This document shows positions 17,631-20,000 of a stretch of 20,000 bases of DNA, piece after piece (the stretch's first letter is position 1; the number at the start of each line of letters is the position of its first letter). Under the pieces are notes generated by a model. The model saw only the letters and a list, made by a program, of their open reading frames with translations, was not told the DNA's origin and did not search any database. The translations under genes were made by a program, and so were the position numbers. Origin of the DNA: an uncultured virus (IMG/VR IMGVR_UViG_3300046507_000547) (taxonomy: Duplodnaviria; Heunggongvirae; Uroviricota; Caudoviricetes); the IMG/VR virus record IMGVR_UViG_3300046507_000547. One strand, written 5' to 3'.

Positions 17631-17635
17631 TGCTG

Positions 17636-17836
17636 TCAGGCCGCTGTCTCGTACCGCACGAGCGTCTTGAGTCCGAGCTCAACGTCCATCCGCCGCAGCC
17701 CGGCCTGTTCGGCGAACGCGCCGACCGCCTCGTGCACCTTGCGCGCCGTCTTCAGGGTCAGCTCGCCGCGCTGGATCTCAGCCCAGGAGGTGCGGGCCAG
17801 CGCGATCAGATCTTCGGGAAATTCGATAGATGCCAC
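17636..17836 (-). CDS. Hypothetical protein (66 aa)
   Basis: MASIEFPEDLIALAR...; GTG 6 nt after TAGGAT; high-GC3 codon use. Confidence 0.7.
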   Translation of the reverse strand: MASIEFPEDLIALARTSWAEIQRGELTLKTARKVHEAVGAFAEQAGLRRMDVELGLKTLVRYETAA

Positions 17837-17845
17837 CGGGAGATC

Positions 17846-18034
17846 CTAAGCCGCCTCAACGATCTCGCCCCGCTCGGCCGCTGTGGCGACTGTCCACTCG
17901 TCGCGGAGCATCTCGTACCGCTGCCGCGTCTCCCCGTACAGCCAGCCGCCCGCCTGCGCGACCAGGGCGCGGATCTCCTCGTTCACCACGGCAGACGGCC
18001 GCGCGAGGGCCGGGGCTGGGGGAGTGGGGGGCAT
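17846..18034 (-). CDS. Hypothetical protein (62 aa), leaderless
   Basis: RPSAVVNEEIRAL...RQRYEMLRDEW; ATG 7 nt after TAGGCT. Confidence 0.7.
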   Translation of the reverse strand: MPPTPPAPALARPSAVVNEEIRALVAQAGGWLYGETRQRYEMLRDEWTVATAAERGEIVEAA

Positions 18035-18041
18035 AGATCAA

Positions 18042-18063
18042 AGCCTAGCCGTCGGGTACGACA
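18042..18063 (-). promoter_or_regulatory. Second PafBC-type promoter (one mismatch)
   Basis: Minus strand TGTCGT-N10-TAGGCT-N7-ATG vs TGTCGG-N10-TAnnnT. Confidence 0.55.
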
Positions 18064-18085
18064 GTGGTCAGCCCTTGGTGTCCGG

Positions 18086-18361
18086 CTACTCGCCCGCCTT
18101 CTTGGCACGCCGACCCGTGACGGTTCCCTTGGCGATCTGATCGATACGGCCGATGGAGAGTTCGACGAGTTCGGCCACCTCTTTCAGGGTGCGGTCCTGT
18201 CGCAGCTCGCGGACGTCCGTGGCGCGCGCGTCCTTGAGCCGCTTGTCGTCCTCTACAGCCTTGAGGATGCGGGTGATGGTGCGGCCTCGCAGTGCGGGGT
18301 CATCGATGGCGAGGGCCTGCTCGATGGCCGCCTTGACGATCTCGTCGGGGTCGATGGTCAT
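18086..18361 (-). CDS. Small HTH DNA-binding protein (putative repressor)
   Basis: C-terminal TLKEVAELVELSIGRIDQIAKG HTH; leaderless ATG 6 nt after TAGAAT. Confidence 0.8.
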   Translation of the reverse strand: MTIDPDEIVKAAIEQALAIDDPALRGRTITRILKAVEDDKRLKDARATDVRELRQDRTLKEVAELVELSIGRIDQIAKGTVTGRRAKKAGE

Positions 18362-18367
18362 GCTCGG

Positions 18368-18431
18368 ATTCTAGACGTCTTGAAGATTCCTTTCTAGACC
18401 TCTTGACGTGAGTTATAGACCTCTATAACTT
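18368..18431. promoter_or_regulatory. Divergent promoters with three operator repeats
   Basis: TTCTAGACGTCTTGA (18369), TTCTAGACCTCTTGA (18392), TTATAGACCTCTATA (18413); TTGACG-N17-TAACTT on +. Confidence 0.75.
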
Positions 18432-18469
18432 GGAGTCATCGCAAGGGCCAGACCAGCAGGGGAGACGGA

Positions 18470-18868
18470 ATGAACGCCATCACGTGGACCGACCGGACGA
18501 ACTACCGCAACGCCCCGTCGCACCGACAGGCCAACGTCTGGGACGTCACCGTGAACGGCAAGACCTACCGGGTCGAGCGCGCACCCGGCGCCTACCACGT
18601 CTGGGACGGCCAGGACTGGGTCGGCATGTACGCCACCACCACCGACGTCGAGGCCGCCATCACGCCCGACGAGCAGGACGACAACGAGGCCACGGACAGC
18701 GACGTACTGGCCGCCTTCGAGACCAAGGCCAACGAGATCTCCAAGGCCAACGGCTGGACCATCGCCCGCACCGAGAACGTGATGCTCCGCTACCTCCGCG
18801 ACACCAGCCCCGCCGAGGCCGCCACCATCGCCGCCGCACTCCAGACGCGCCGCAACCTCGCCGCCTGA
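18470..18868 (+). CDS. Hypothetical protein (132 aa)
   Basis: GGGGGAG RBS; strong C-ending codon bias. Confidence 0.8.
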   Translation: MNAITWTDRTNYRNAPSHRQANVWDVTVNGKTYRVERAPGAYHVWDGQDWVGMYATTTDVEAAITPDEQDDNEATDSDVLAAFETKANEISKANGWTIARTENVMLRYLRDTSPAEAATIAAALQTRRNLAA

Positions 18869-18936
18869 CCCACCCCGCCCGGCCGCGAAGGGCCGGGCTT
18901 CAGTACCAGACCATCGCGCCAAGCAGGGGAGATCCA

Positions 18937-19155
18937 ATGCCGAAGCTGACACCCGCGCAGGATCGGGCCCTCCGGCAGATCCGCGCCAAGGGCGAGGAGT
19001 TCGCCTACAACGGCATCAGCCGCGCCACCGTCGCCGTCCTCGAACGCCACGGCCTCGTCACCGTGAAGTGGTCCGTCCGCACCTGGACCGCCCGCCGCAC
19101 CTACCGCAACCACTCGATGTGCGACTGGATCGCCCGACCCGTGAAGGGCGCGTGA
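18937..19155 (+). CDS. Hypothetical protein, possible winged-helix (72 aa)
   Basis: GGGGAG RBS; KLTPAQDRAL...RATVAVLERHGLV. Confidence 0.7.
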   Translation: MPKLTPAQDRALRQIRAKGEEFAYNGISRATVAVLERHGLVTVKWSVRTWTARRTYRNHSMCDWIARPVKGA

Positions 19156-19424
19156 GCACCATGACCGTGCCCATGACGGCCGACGCGTTCGCCGCCCAAC
19201 TCCGCGCCGCCGGATGTCGCGTGCAGATCGATCGCAGCTTCGCCGGAGCCGTGTACCTCCAGGCGTCGAAAGCTGACGACCTCACCGTGGTCACGATCGT
19301 CTTTGAGGGAGACCGCTTCAAGCGCGCCTTCGCCGTATGGCTCGGCACCCCCCGGCGCCGCTGGCCCAAGTTCCGCAGCATGAAGAGCATCCGCTGTTAC
19401 CTCGACGTGCGAGACGCGCGATGA
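19152..19424 (+). CDS. Hypothetical protein (~90 aa)
   Basis: GTGA overlap upstream and ATGA overlap downstream; exact start uncertain. Confidence 0.6.
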   Translation: MSTMTVPMTADAFAAQLRAAGCRVQIDRSFAGAVYLQASKADDLTVVTIVFEGDRFKRAFAVWLGTPRRRWPKFRSMKSIRCYLDVRDAR

Positions 19425-19621
19425 GCCGACCGAAGTGCGAGGGCGGGATATCCGGGCTCCGGTGCTACGCGTGGCCCCTCTGGAAGCTGCGAGACGAAGG
19501 CGACACCCTGGAGAGGAACTGGCTGTTCGCTTGCGGGCGCCACCTCAACCAGATCGCCAGAGAGCAAGCCGTCCACGCAGGCATGAAGCTGGACCTGATC
19601 CGGATCCACTCCGACGAATAG
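19421..19621 (+). CDS. Hypothetical Cys/His protein (66 aa), possible Zn-binding
   Basis: ATGA overlap; C-x8-C...CGRH. Confidence 0.6.
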   Translation: MSRPKCEGGISGLRCYAWPLWKLRDEGDTLERNWLFACGRHLNQIAREQAVHAGMKLDLIRIHSDE

Positions 19622-19634
19622 CCCAGCACGCCAG

Positions 19635-19654
19635 GTCCCGCCACGGCGGGGCTT
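19635..19654. terminator. Hairpin between convergent genes
   Basis: GTCCCGC-CACG-GCGGGGC followed by TT. Confidence 0.5.
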
Positions 19655-19661
19655 CGGCATG

Positions 19662-19910
19662 TCAGCCCTCGGCGGGCGGCTCGTCGGCGACGAAGGTACC
19701 GATGCCGACCTCGCCTCGCGCCAGGCCCTGCTCCTGAAGCGCCTTGTACACCTTCTGCACGGTCGACGACGCGATCTCGAACTCGGTCGACAACTCCACG
19801 ACTGAGGGGAGCTTCGACCGCGCCGGATACGTGCCGTCGGCGATGCGCTCGGCGACGATCGCCGCTACCTGCCGCCATACCGGCCGCGTCCGGTCAAGAT
19901 CCACACTCAC
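19662..19910 (-). CDS. GntR-family winged-HTH regulator (DNA-binding domain only)
   Basis: PVWRQVAAIVAERIADGTYP...KLPSVVELSTEF...STVQKVYKAL...GIGTFV; leaderless GTG 7 nt after TACGGT. Confidence 0.9.
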   Translation of the reverse strand: MSVDLDRTRPVWRQVAAIVAERIADGTYPARSKLPSVVELSTEFEIASSTVQKVYKALQEQGLARGEVGIGTFVADEPPAEG

Positions 19911-19928
19911 ACGGTCGACCGTAGATAG

Positions 19929-19980
19929 CCGCAGTACACCGCGCGACCGCAGTACAGTGCGGTTTACTGCGGTATACCGT
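19929..19980. repeat. Operator-like repeats upstream of the GntR gene
   Basis: CCGCAGTACA at 19929 and 19947, inverted TTTACTGCGG at 19963; tandem 10-mers GCAGTACAGT/GCGGTTTACT/GCGGTATACC. Confidence 0.65.
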
Positions 19981-20000
19981 GCAATTGCATGACCCCCGCG

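Noticed and set aside
17618..18397. 259-aa plus-strand ORF downstream of the PafBC-type promoter
   Set aside because: Starts inside a hairpin with no RBS and is antisense to three credible genes
18369..18430. Mini-CRISPR interpretation of the repeats here and at 19929-19980
   Set aside because: Repeats of 10-15 bp with gaps of 8 bp or less and no cas genes; they fit operators

Overview
High-GC actinobacterial (Streptomyces-like, inferred) siphovirus/prophage segment. 1-10.8 kb is the tail module: a free-standing Zn-finger/HNH-like gene, an HK97-gp10-like gene, a tail assembly chaperone with a -1 frameshift (GGGAAAC), a 1554-aa tape measure protein with a lytic transglycosylase domain, Dit-like and Tal/hub-like genes, and minor tail genes. 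10.85-14.15 kb is an elaborate lysis cassette: papain-like Cys peptidase, GH25 muramidase (probable internal start), 3-TM holin, two membrane coiled-coil proteins (one collagen-like) and a 31-aa ORF. 14.3-16.1 kb is a three-gene operon around a Cre-like tyrosine recombinase, preceded by a dif/lox-like GTATAA-N6-TTATAC site. 16.1-20 kb holds small accessory genes, many apparently leaderless, with PafBC-type and LexA-like DNA-damage motifs, a candidate ~70-nt sRNA, an HTH repressor with three operator repeats, and a GntR regulator. All family assignments come from motif recognition by eye; no searches were run.
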